DNA of 63,930 bases, filler included, from Reticulomyxa filosa (Eukaryota > Protista > Foraminifera), in the NCBI GenBank assembly GCA_000512085.1. It is 24 parts of 24 records of this genome, joined end to end, with 100 filler letters (N's around TTAATTAATTAA, not from the genome) between each part and the next. Parts side by side here need not be neighbours in the genome. Positions count along the whole stretch, not along the records: positions 33,098 to 42,217 come from ASPP01023837.1; positions 42,318 to 44,562 come from ASPP01027673.1; positions 44,663 to 45,756 come from ASPP01002838.1; positions 45,857 to 54,501 come from ASPP01017556.1; 20 more parts are not named here. The stretch is one strand, 5' to 3'. The notes beneath the pieces were generated by a model. It was not told the DNA's origin and searched no databases. It worked only from the letters and a program-made list of their open reading frames with translations. Both the position numbers and the translations under genes were made by a program. Of the stretch, positions 38,061-49,149 are shown piece by piece (the stretch's first letter is position 1; every line of letters begins with the position of its first letter).

Positions 38061-38244
38061 TCAAGGAGAAAATTGTTTCATTTCAGATTACCAGAGAAAT
38101 TTCTCGTACAAAGCAGTTAAAATTATTAAAAGACTATCTTGTCTAATCTTTTTTACCGTTGTCACTAGATAGAATACAGTGAAAATATTTGCGTTTGGTT
38201 GTTATACCTATTTTTGTTTCCTAACTAACACAAAGGATCACGCA

Positions 38245-39110
38245 TCGCTTGGCATTGACGGCCGCAGAGTATTGGCATATGAGTGCGGCAAACATGTGTT
38301 GGTGATATTAATGGATATGAGTAGCTATGCCGACGCGTTGCGTGAGGTCAGCGCCTCCTGTGAAGAAGTGCCGGGTCGTAGAGGTTATCCTGGTTACACG
38401 TATACCGATTTATCCACCATTTACGAACGAGCCGGACGTATCCATGGAGGATTAGGATCCATCACGCAAGTACCAATCTTGTCCATGCCTAATGATGGTG
38501 TGTATATTTTTTTCCTCCTACTCTTGTACTGTCTAGTTCGATTAGTTCTCAATGATCATATTCCTTTAACAACAAATGGGACAAATAACCAACAGATATA
38601 ACACATCCAATTCCTGACTTAACCGGTTATATCACAGAAGGACAAATATACGTCGATAGACAACTGCACAATAGTGGTGTTTATCCTCCGATCAACATGT
38701 TGCCATCTTTGTCACGTCTGATGAAATCCGCCATTGGTGAAGGAATGACCAGAAATGATCACTCGCCAGTGTCTGAGCAAATGGTATGTTTACTCTTTGG
38801 GTTAAAACGCACTTTTGGTAAATCATTTCAAAAATAAATAAATAAACAAGACAGTATGTCAATTACGCCATGTGAAAAGATGTAGCAGCAATGAAAGCTG
38901 TTGTCGGTGAAGAAGCGTTGAGTACTGAAGATAGCTTGTTTTTAGAATTCAAACAAAAATTTGAATTGCGCTTTATTTCTCAAGGACCTTACGAAAAGCG
39001 AACTATTTATGAATCATTGGATTTGGCTTGGGAACTATTGGCGTATCTTTAGAAGAGATCAACTCAAGAAAAGTAGCTCCAACGTGTTGGACGTCTTTAT
39101 CCAAGAGGAG
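38245..39110 (+). pseudogene. vatB: V-type ATPase subunit B pseudogene (C-terminal half, introns retained)
   Basis: [71 protein letters not shown] and [10 protein letters not shown]. Frameshift after [12 protein letters not shown] at 38873-38875 in place of the conserved Gly, and no N-terminal half. Confidence 0.88.
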
Positions 39111-39657
39111 TTTTGTACGGAAAATATTTTTTTTTGTTAATGACCATTTTGTTATAATCTTTTTTTTTTACCCCAATAGAATCAATCGCAGCAAAAGGAA
39201 TAAGTCACAATCATGGCAATTGAATGCTTTGTGACACAATTGAAAATAAAGCAAATAAAGGCGTTGTTACATTTGAGGTTGATGTTGTGCATGTGCATCT
39301 TTCATTTTCAAATAATCGTCACAGCAAGTCATGCTGTTGTTTGGGTTGCTTTTTTTTTTTGGAAGACAAATTTTGCTATCTTAACAACCTCTTCGAAGCA
39401 TCTACAAACATACTCAATTTTTTTGAACAAATACACCTAAACACAGACAATCTTTGTATAATCAACAAAAAATTCAACAAATACAACTTATTTTGTTATT
39501 TGTTTTATGAATCGTTAATATTCTTGCTTAAATAGAAATTCTACTTTCTAATTATATTACATTAAATCATGAAAAACATACACTATGTAAAAAGACACTT
39601 CAAACACAATAGACTATAATTCACTTTTCATCAATGGTCACAATTTAGCTTATGTTG

Positions 39658-42217
39658 TTATTTGCGTGTGATAATGTTTGGATATTGATGAACGATCCGA
39701 TCCGCACAAACCCTTAGCGGGCTGCCTGACTGCAAATCGCTGCTAAAGGCTTGCTCCGACTTGCCGTCGGCAAGGCAGCAATGCATATCCACACACATGG
39801 CCCTCCCACTAAGATGTCCGCAATTTGTTCGGCAGAAAATGTTTCTGTTGCACATCACGTTTTTTCGCCTTTGTAGTTGCCATGTACTAATGCCCGTAGT
39901 TGCATCATCTCCAAATCCCATTCGACGACTTATCATTTCGCTTTGATTCTTTCTTTTTTGTCAAAGTCAATGTTATAAACGCATGTGCGCTTAGTAAGTG
40001 TAACGAGAGAGATAACCTTAACTAAAGAATGCAGCACTTGCCAAAAAACTGCCTAACTTGGTAACACGATAACAAGCATTATAGAAGAGATAATAAAAAA
40101 AATGGGACCACGTCTCCCCTTCTAAACACAAACCTGATTGACATATTGGTTCGCTTTTTCTCGAGAAAATCGTTGAGACGGCTTGACAGTGACCACTTTC
40201 TTTCCAGGGTTTTGTGCAGGGTTATGTTGTGGGAAAATTGGTTTCTTACTCGGTCCTTTTTGAAAGGCCCCAAAACTTCCCATAAATAGATCCTGTTCAT
40301 TTCTTTCCACCGAGGGTTGAGACTCTGCACTCCATAAAAAAGTAGCATCTTTTCCGGAGCCATACGCAAACCGATGACTAACGTATACACATTATCATTC
40401 AATTGTGTGTTATTTGCTATTAAACTAAATAAGTGCATACATTCACATATATATATATATATATATATGCACAAAACGAGCGATCTTCTGGTGTTGGCAA
40501 ATGATTTTCTTCCAACTGTCTTTGGCTCTGTGAGAATTTGAAAACTTGCGTTTGTGTCCACGCGTGCTGTTGAGTGCTTGAATGAATCCAAGGGGAATTT
40601 CACTGTGAATAAGTTGGGATGCAGCGAATTCGGCGACACTTTGGCTAAATACATTGTTAGTAAACATTGGGGTCAATGCCATTTGTGATAAATGACTGGC
40701 TCCATGCCACTGGGAGTCGATATTCATTTCTACGTATTGACACTCGGATAAGGGCTGGGAAGAAATCGGGGACGTAAAGTCGATGGAGTGTCGCATTGGC
40801 TCCAACATTAAAAACGTCGCGTAATGTAACCACAACGACTCGCAATTTTTCGAAAACATCAAACTACACAAATCCTCCAATCGCTCGATCACAGGCTTTT
40901 GCAATCGCGTTTCATGCGACCAGTACTCAAACATCAATTTTCGATTGGTCGTGTTGCCATCTGCCAAGGCTTTCAACAAAGTGTCATTCACTTGCCTTGC
41001 CAATTGAACGAGGATTTTTCGTTCATTATCTCTCACATGACACAAAATTCCCAATGGTCTTCTCTGTTTTGTGTGTACGTCGTTTTTTAAATACATATCA
41101 CCATATACTTTAGCTTTTTCCCACACACAATCAATTTTACAACACATATTGCACATAACGTCCTAGCGCTCTCTTACGTGTATACGTATTGTTAGAAGAT
41201 AGAGTGGGACGTCTCATACCAGCTGCTTTCCAAACTGGTTTACTGGAAGCTACGAAATTGGACATGAACGCATCGAAAAAATTGCCAATATTGAGGGTTT
41301 CATTTGTATCTTGCTTTTTGTCGACTGTATTCACAACAAACACAACATTTCTTTTTTTTTTTTTAAAGAGCACATCTGTCAATCGTAAAAAAAAAAAAAA
41401 AAGTTAACAAGCAGGAAATCCAGTTTCCACAAGTGCATCGACTAGATACAATCCTGTTCTTCTTTCTAGACGAAAATCTTTTTTTTATTATTTTGAATAT
41501 GTTGTTGTCCATATATATTTTCGGCGTGTGCACGATAACAACAAAATAAACAAAATAAAAAATCCAAAAAAAAAAAAGATACTGCGCTTGTAGAAGCGTT
41601 TTGGAAAAACGCCCGACTCTTCCAATCCTCCAGGGTATTTGACTTTGTAAGAAACTCAGACATCCCCTTTGGATTTCGAAACAAAGGTGACCTCGCATGG
41701 GACCACTTTTCCATTCTTTTCCACCATCACGTTGTCTGCAATTGCTAATTTATCTGCCTATTTGTTCCAATTCAAATCTGCCGTCAACAACGTATAAATT
41801 GGATGTTTGTCCACTTTTGGAAGGTTTTTCCATTTCGTCAAAAAGAGCTGTTTTGTTGCATATCGTGTATATACTTATATATCTATAGATATACGTATAT
41901 ATATATATAAACATTTTTGTAGATATGATGAAAGGCCAGACAGACTCCCAATCGTTTATGTGGAGAAGCGTGTTTAAGCAGGGCATAGAGCCTGCGAAGC
42001 AAGGAGCGTATATTAAGCGCGCATTTGGTGGCGCCCTTGTGTTTCAACGACCAAGCGAAGAACTCGGCGATGCATTCTCCGCCGAAATCTCGCAAAGAGC
42101 AGTCTTGCGAATCGCCCAAGGCGTCGTAGACGGCCTCGAGTAGGGCCAGTGTCTCTGCATTGTTTTGAGTGACGTTTTGAGTGAACCAATGGATGAGCTG
42201 TTTGACCAAAGAACGGA
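39658..42217 (-). pseudogene. PRKDC: DNA-PKcs (PRKDC) fragments with large internal deletions
   Basis: QLIHWFT...LRDFGGECIAEFFAWS...LLRRLYAL.KH.SPHKRLG..LAF (41913-42217) and EYWSHETRL...PLSECQY.EM.IDSQW...LTPMF...SQ (40470-41135) match separate, distant regions of DNA-PKcs as recalled. Stops and frameshifts lie between and after them. Confidence 0.8.
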
Positions 42218-44162
42218 NNNNNNNNNNNNNNNNNNNNNNNNNNNNNNNNNNNNNNNNNNNNTTAATTAATTAANNNNNNNNNNNNNNNNNNNNNNNNNNN
42301 NNNNNNNNNNNNNNNNNAATGATAAAATTAGGATAAATAGGTAACTACGCAGATAACTTGTAAAAAAGTTTTGATATCAAAAAGCTATTGAGTATATCCC
42401 TACATTGATAAATGTGATGTACATATGCGAGGAAACATAACACTTTATCAATTTCATTACGCATTATCAATAAGACTTGCAATGTGACTATGAAAACATT
42501 CAATGTTGTCCAATGCTTTGAAACAATTTGATTTCTATCATTGATCGTTTTTGCTTTTTGCAAGTTGTTGGTTCACAATTCCGAGAGTTTAATTTACATT
42601 TGTTGTGGACTCAATCAAAGATATTTTGAAATTTTTGTCTTTCCATATACTTTTTCCATACACATTGATTCAATTACTTTTCTAAAATACATTACATATT
42701 TTTCTTTTTTAATTTTTTTATCTTTGACCCATTTTTCTATTAATTTGTCGTGTAACTTATTAATTCGTTCTGACTAATTTTCTTGAATTTTACACATATA
42801 CAGCAATTTTTGCAAATATAATGTTTACAAGGCAGAATCCATATATTTTCATATTTGTAATATAAATAAAACACCGTTCTAAATCAATACAAATTCCTTT
42901 TGAACAATCTGCTTTTCTCAAGTGTAAAAGTAAAAAGATAAGAAGCAAAATCCAATTTTTCTAAAGAAGATAACGTTGAAATACATGCAAAATAATTATC
43001 ACATCCACTTTATATTGCAACAATATTTTCTTCTCTTTGCAATTTTTTCTAAAATAATATATTTTATTTGTTCGATTACATCAAACAACAATATTTTTCA
43101 ATTCTTTTTTCGGTAATATTACAGCAAACTCTACGAATTCTAAAAACGAAGCTTGTTCTTTTTTTTCCTTTTTTTGTTTTTATAATAATCATCCTATTTA
43201 TTCTCTTTGATACATTTATTATTTTGTATCCGTTGCTCCACATTATCATCTTCACAATTGATAGTTTTCTGACTTTGACCATATCCAATTTGTTGCTGAC
43301 GTAAAATCTCTTCAGTTGCGTCTTTTTCCATTACTACTATTGTAATTTTGATGAAAGAGGCAATTAGTTGGCAGTCTGTTTAGCCTTATATACTACAAAA
43401 ACAACTCCAGAAGTAGGAGAATGAAACTCAAATACTCAAAGAGCGTCTGTTTTTACTTATTCATAACCACAAGAACAGACAATGATCAAACAAGAAACAA
43501 ACAAGTACAAAGTTTGATTTGTGTATGCGACATATACATGGTAATCATACGAGGGATTTAAAGTTTTGTTGTTACATTGTTTAAACTACCCAACCTCAAA
43601 AAAAACAAAACAATAGACAGTTTAATGGATTCTATGCTTGTGACAAAAGATTACAATGGCGCTAGTCAGTCTACAATTGGGGGCAACACCTTTTTCATGA
43701 GTTGTAAAGTTGGCCCATTCATGTTTTTTATCCGTCAATGGGTTGGACTGATGTTGAACACTTAAGTCTTTAAAGGCTTTCTGGTGGATAAAAATTCGTT
43801 GTTTTATTTGGATATTTTTTCCAAATTTTTTAAGTGTTATAAGAGGTGATTAAAAAAATGCAACGATCAATTTAACGTATTCGTTGTCGAGCCCGATAAA
43901 TCTAAAATTTCAGTTGATTAAACAATCACTTGTATTCTGGAAACGCATATCTTCGCGCGTTCGTCAAAATAAACATATGGCAATAACACTATTTTCGTGT
44001 CATGCATATTACTATTTATCTACGTATGTCATTTTTGTTTGGGAAAAAAAATTTTCTAGTGTATTAACCTTTTAAACTGAATTTTTTTGTAAATTTCTAA
44101 AGCAAGTTTCCGAACCTTCAAAAATAAAAAAAAGGGTTTGCTTTGAAGTTTACATCATTATC

Positions 44163-44539
44163 ATGCTTGCAAAACTTCAACAAACGTTCCTCAACATAGA
44201 TAAAGATGTTATCTTAGATGCATGGAAGCTATGTTATGAAAATGTTGACAAGACAAAGGATGTCTTAACTTGGCTGACAGAGAACACGTAACAATACATT
44301 TTTACACATTTTCTTTTCTTTTCATAAATAATCACTATATTTTTTGACAATTATTGCATTATATATTTTAATACAGCACAACTTTACAACAACAACAATA
44401 TTTAATTAATTTATTTGAATCTTTTGGCACGAAACTTGAAAAAACAACAATATCACAAACATGGAAAAATTGTAATCAAATTCTTGTTGATACTCGTATG
44501 AAATTAATGGAGATATGTGCAATTTCCAATTTAAAATGA
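44163..44539 (+). CDS. Lineage-expanded family member with N-terminal CUE-like helical domain (2 exons, 3' truncated)
   Basis: MLAKLQQTFLNIDKDVILDAWKLCYENVDKTKDVL resembles the CUE consensus. GT-AG intron at ~44288-44377. Homologous to 45440-45756. Confidence 0.55.
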
Positions 44540-45399
44540 GTTAAGCGTATGAAATGTATACANNNNNNNNNNNNNNNNNNNNNNNNNNNNNNNNNNNNNN
44601 NNNNNNTTAATTAATTAANNNNNNNNNNNNNNNNNNNNNNNNNNNNNNNNNNNNNNNNNNNNAAAAAAAAAGATCAAACAATACAATAGAATTGAAACAA
44701 TACGTATGTGTTAGCTGTAATAAAGGCTTCATACAAAAAAGTAATATGATCCGGCATTCTCCTCCTGAACATACTTTCTTAAAACAAAATCAAATTTGCT
44801 TGAACTTTATAGACTTGTGGTGTAAATTCACAAAGAAATAACCAGCAACAATTACAATCACGTTAATTGTTTTGTATTTAAATGATAATCACAATTTTAC
44901 CAACAGCAAAAATTCATTATTATTTGGTTTTGTTCAACGATTTGTTTTTTGATTAAAAAAATAATTAATTTTTTTTTCAACTAATTAATAATTATTTATG
45001 TTTTTCCTTTTTAAAAGTGAACAAAGAGCATAATTATAATAGCTGTAATGAACACTCGCTATTCACGTTAGTTCTATTGCATTGTTTACAAAACTGTCGT
45101 ATTTGCAATCGCAATTTAAACATTTAATCTATCATATATTTAAAAAAATTTAAAAGACAACGCAATTCGCACTTAAAAAATAAAAACAATAAGTAACATT
45201 TCATCGAATCTGGGTGCTGTTTAATATCTATTTGTGGCTTTGGATTTATTGGCTGGCATAAATACTCTCCAAGTAAATAAATTTATATTTAATATATTTG
45301 ATTACTCAATGCCAAAAACAGTCTTGATTGTAACATCAACAGAATTGCACTTTTTGTTTTATATTTATGGAAAAATTGTTCAAAATAAAAAAAAGGTTT

Positions 45400-45756
45400 T
45401 CATGCTTGAATAGCTTCAATCTTAAAGGTATGTAAGCAAATGTAATGAAAATGTTGACAAGATAAAGGATCTTTTAACTTGCAAAAACATTGGCTATATG
45501 TTTTTAAATAAAGTATTGCTTTGTATTTTCTTACACAGTACAAATTTTTAACAGCAACATCATTTGACGGCGTTATTTCACGAATTTGGCAATAAACTTG
45601 AAAAAATGACAATATTGCAAAACATGGAGAAATTGTAATCAAATTTATGTTGACATCCAACTTGAAATAATTGTAAAATAAAAATGATAGATGATAGATT
45701 GAAAATATTGAAGGAAATGTGTTTGCATATTTTGTGGAATATTTTGAAATATCCTA
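45400..45756 (+). pseudogene. Degenerate paralogue of 44163-44539, running into a PUB-like start (LKILKEMCLHILWNILKYP)
   Basis: Shares ATGAAAATGTTGACAAGA.AAAGGAT, AAACTTGAAAAAA and ACATGGA.AAATTGTAATCAAATT with the previous contig. Frameshifted. Confidence 0.55.
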
Positions 45757-45856
45757 NNNNNNNNNNNNNNNNNNNNNNNNNNNNNNNNNNNNNNNNNNNN
45801 TTAATTAATTAANNNNNNNNNNNNNNNNNNNNNNNNNNNNNNNNNNNNNNNNNNNN

Positions 45857-47196
45857 AAATATTGTAACTAGATGGACACCAAAAAATGAAAGTCCTTCGG
45901 CTTCCAGTAGCGGTGCCCCACAACGAAACAGAACTCCAACGCCAACATTATCCATATCAATAGAATCGAAATTGGGCAAGACAGAACCAGTGGAGCCGAA
46001 GCTGCAAAGAGCAGGATCGCCTTTGCCAGACTTACGCAAGATGCAACGAGACGACAGTTGGACACCACACTTGGGACATCGTCCAGTGAATTTGTCTTCC
46101 ATGTTGGATTTGTTCCAACATCCGTCGACTGTGAGGCTTGGGACACAGCCATTGGGGAAGACAAAGTTTACTAACGCCCGTGGCATTCCAGTCACTGGTG
46201 CTGTCGGCGCTAGTGTTGGTGTTGGTACAAATGCAAGTAGCAATACGAGTGCTGGTGGTAATCGTAAGAGCTTCAGTAGCGGGTGCAACACAAAAAAAAA
46301 AAATTCAAGAACTGGGATTGTTTGTCCCCTCGCACTTACGAAAAGATACTCTCAACCTTTCGATTTACCGTGGACGTAATTTTATGAATACCTCGTCTTC
46401 GGAACATGAGAGTTATAGTGATGATGATAATGATGACGACGACGACGACGACGGCGATGAAGAAGCTACTTTGAACCGAGAAAGACAAAAAAAAACAAAC
46501 AAGGGTCAGTATTTTGCAAATAGCAATGGCAATAGCAATGGCAACAACACTTCAATGTGGAGGTCGTTGTCTTGCGATCGAGGTGGCACTGGCATCAATG
46601 CCATCCTTGCCAGCAACAAGTCCAATGGCAATGCCAATAGCAGCAATAGCAGTATTAGTAGCAATAGCAGCAGTGGCAACGGCAGTGATAGCGGTGGCAG
46701 TGGCGGTGAATGTGTTGAAAAGCAACAATCGAAGCAACGATATCACTGCATCACCAGCCGTGGCCAATCACAGAGGTCGATAGTGTTCCATAATCACGCG
46801 CCGGTGTTTCACAATTTGAAAATCCATGCATTGAAAAATACTGTTCAACGTGTGAGTGAAAAGTGGAAAAATACCAACAAAACCTTTCATCAAAATATTA
46901 TCTTCACTTTGCATTGTCATTACTGCAAAAAAACCCAACGCAGAAATCGCGTCATTTATCCCAAAATTACAAGGAAACACGTTCGAGAGTGCGCCAAAAT
47001 GTTTGATTCCAATCTAATTGATGATGCTTTGCTTTATCGATGCATTTGCGGCTGCAATCGACAAAAGGAACTGATGGACTTTGATACCTACTGTATGCAT
47101 TGGTTGGAACATGCCACTTATTACAAAACCTGTGTCAGGCACAAAAAAAATAAAATTGAAGATATTCACATGTTCAAAGTTGGAAGAGAACTTTGA
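45857..47196 (+). CDS. Low-complexity hypothetical protein with C-terminal Cys/His (zinc-finger-like) region; probable homopolymer frameshift at the A-run ~46292-46303
   Basis: Two long overlapping + frames switch at the A run. Acidic, Asn and Ser tracts. C-terminal HCHYC...CICGC...YCMHWLEH. Confidence 0.5.
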
Positions 47197-47719
47197 TCAG
47201 CAATGTTTATTGTTTTTGTTTTGTTTTTTTAAAAAAGATTATTTTTTTTTTTTTTTTTTTTACTATTTTTTTTTTTCATCAACCTTGGTTAAAGACAATT
47301 ACTTTTCACTTCTTTGGGGTTTTGCTTTTTCGAACTTTTTTTTTTGTGTATCTTTTGTGTTTTTATTAAAATTTAGTGTTTTCGTCTTCTTTTTTCTGAT
47401 GACCCATGTAAAACGCTTGATTGTTCTTTTTTCATCAGAAAGCTATTTTATCTTGCTTGCGTTCGAAAATCGCACTTTTTTTCTTATCTTGCAATAGCCG
47501 ATGTACAACAGAGGGGCTCATTGTGGTACGCAAAAAAAAAAATGTGGCAGACAACTCAATAAAAATAGCGTTCAGAATAAAATAACTTATAAAAAAAATC
47601 TCTCATTCAAGACAGAAGGACTTTTGCCCACTGAATTTGAAGTTACTTTTGTTTTTACAAGCTTTCAAAAGAGTTAAAAGGGACAAAAGGGGAAAGTTTG
47701 CAAAAAAAGCAAGGAGCGG

Positions 47720-49149
47720 ATGGCTTTAAAAATTGTGGTGGCACCAAATGCATTCAAAGAATGTCTTTCGGCTGCCAAAGCAGCAAATGCAATGCTCCGC
47801 GGTGTGCAAAAAGCATTTACTAAATATAAAATTGAAGCGCACGCCATCCCTTTGGGAGACGGAGGTATTCGGATGTGGAATTTTTTTAAAAGGAGAAGAA
47901 AAAAAAAGAAATTTTTGTTGCGCCTTTTGGTCTAGGTGACGGTACAGCAGAAGTGCTGATAACAACCAATCACGGAAAATTTGTCCCAGTGACAGTCCAA
48001 GATCCAATTGGCCGGGACATCAGTTGCAAATATGGAATATTTCAATCACGCTCCGACAACGTCGAAACAGCAGTGATCGAAATGGCCGAGTGTAGTGGCC
48101 TTTGGCGTTTGAATGAAAAGGAAAAAAATCCAATGAAGACATCAACGTATGGCACCGGACAAATGATATTGCATTGTGTCGAGCATCAAAAGTCAGTAAA
48201 ACGTGTGATTTTATGTATCGGCGGCAGTGCCACCAATGATGGTGGCTTTGGAATGGCGAACGCATTAGGTATCCAATTCTTGCACTCTCCTTTCGAAAAA
48301 GAGTCGAATACAACAAATGGAAAGTTGTTGTCAATATTCAATGGCTTCCCTTGTCCGGAGCAATTCCTTCAGAAAAATGTTTCAAGTATTGATATATCAT
48401 CCTTTCAAAAATTGCAGCAAAAATTACATGATATTGAGTTCATTGTTGCATGCGATGTCAAAAACCCCTTGATTGGGAGTTATGGAGCCAGTTACGTATA
48501 CGGACCGCAAAAATTAAGTACGTTGTTAGTCCCTGAAAAAAGTGATCGTGACAAAGTTTTGGAAAGATTGGATTCAGCATTGACTTCCATGAACCATATG
48601 TGGAAATTGCAATTGAGCAAAGATGTCAGTGAGATCCCTGGCGCAGGTTTGAAATTTTTTTTTTTTTTTGAGTTGTAATTGACTTACTCATAATACACTC
48701 TTTTAGGTGCTGCTGGAGGTTTGGGTGGTGGTTGCATGGTTTATTTGAATGCACAAATGCGATCTGGATTTGACTTGGTGAGTGAGCACACCGGGTTAGA
48801 AGAGTCTCTAAAAAATGCAGACTTAGTGTTGACAGGAGAAGGAAGAATGGACTCCAGTACTGACTCAGGGAAGGTACCTCATGGAGTTGCAGAGCTGGCC
48901 AAGAAACATGGAGTAGATGTTGTTTTTGCTGTCACTGGAAATTGCAAAAAATATAGTACGTATTCTTCTTCGACTGATGAAAAACATGATCCCAACATGG
49001 TAGCCTTTGCAATTGCTGATGGTCCCATGGATTTACAAGAGTCACTCGAGCGTTCCTCAGAACTTATCGAAAATGAAACATTTCGGATCTGCAAAGTATT
49101 CGAAGCAGGCTTTTCTTCTAAACTTAAAAAGTCTGATACCAAGCTATGA
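47720..49149 (+). CDS. glxK: Glycerate kinase, GlxK/GarK (class I) family; exons 47720-47864, 47936-48646 and 48707-49149
   Basis: KIVVAPNAFKECLSA, PLGDGG|DGT, AVIEMAECSGL, IGGSATNDGG.GM..ALG, ACDVKNPL.G..GASYVYGPQK, PGAG|AAGGLG and TGEGRMD..T..GKVP. Two GT-AG introns restore the frame. Confidence 0.93.

Noticed and set aside
38873-38875. In-frame TGA in vatB as selenocysteine or a variant genetic code
   Set aside because: It replaces a conserved Gly (GGA>TGA) in a copy with other lesions. TGA is a normal stop in Tim17, DUF4396 and glxK, and Trp is encoded by TGG.
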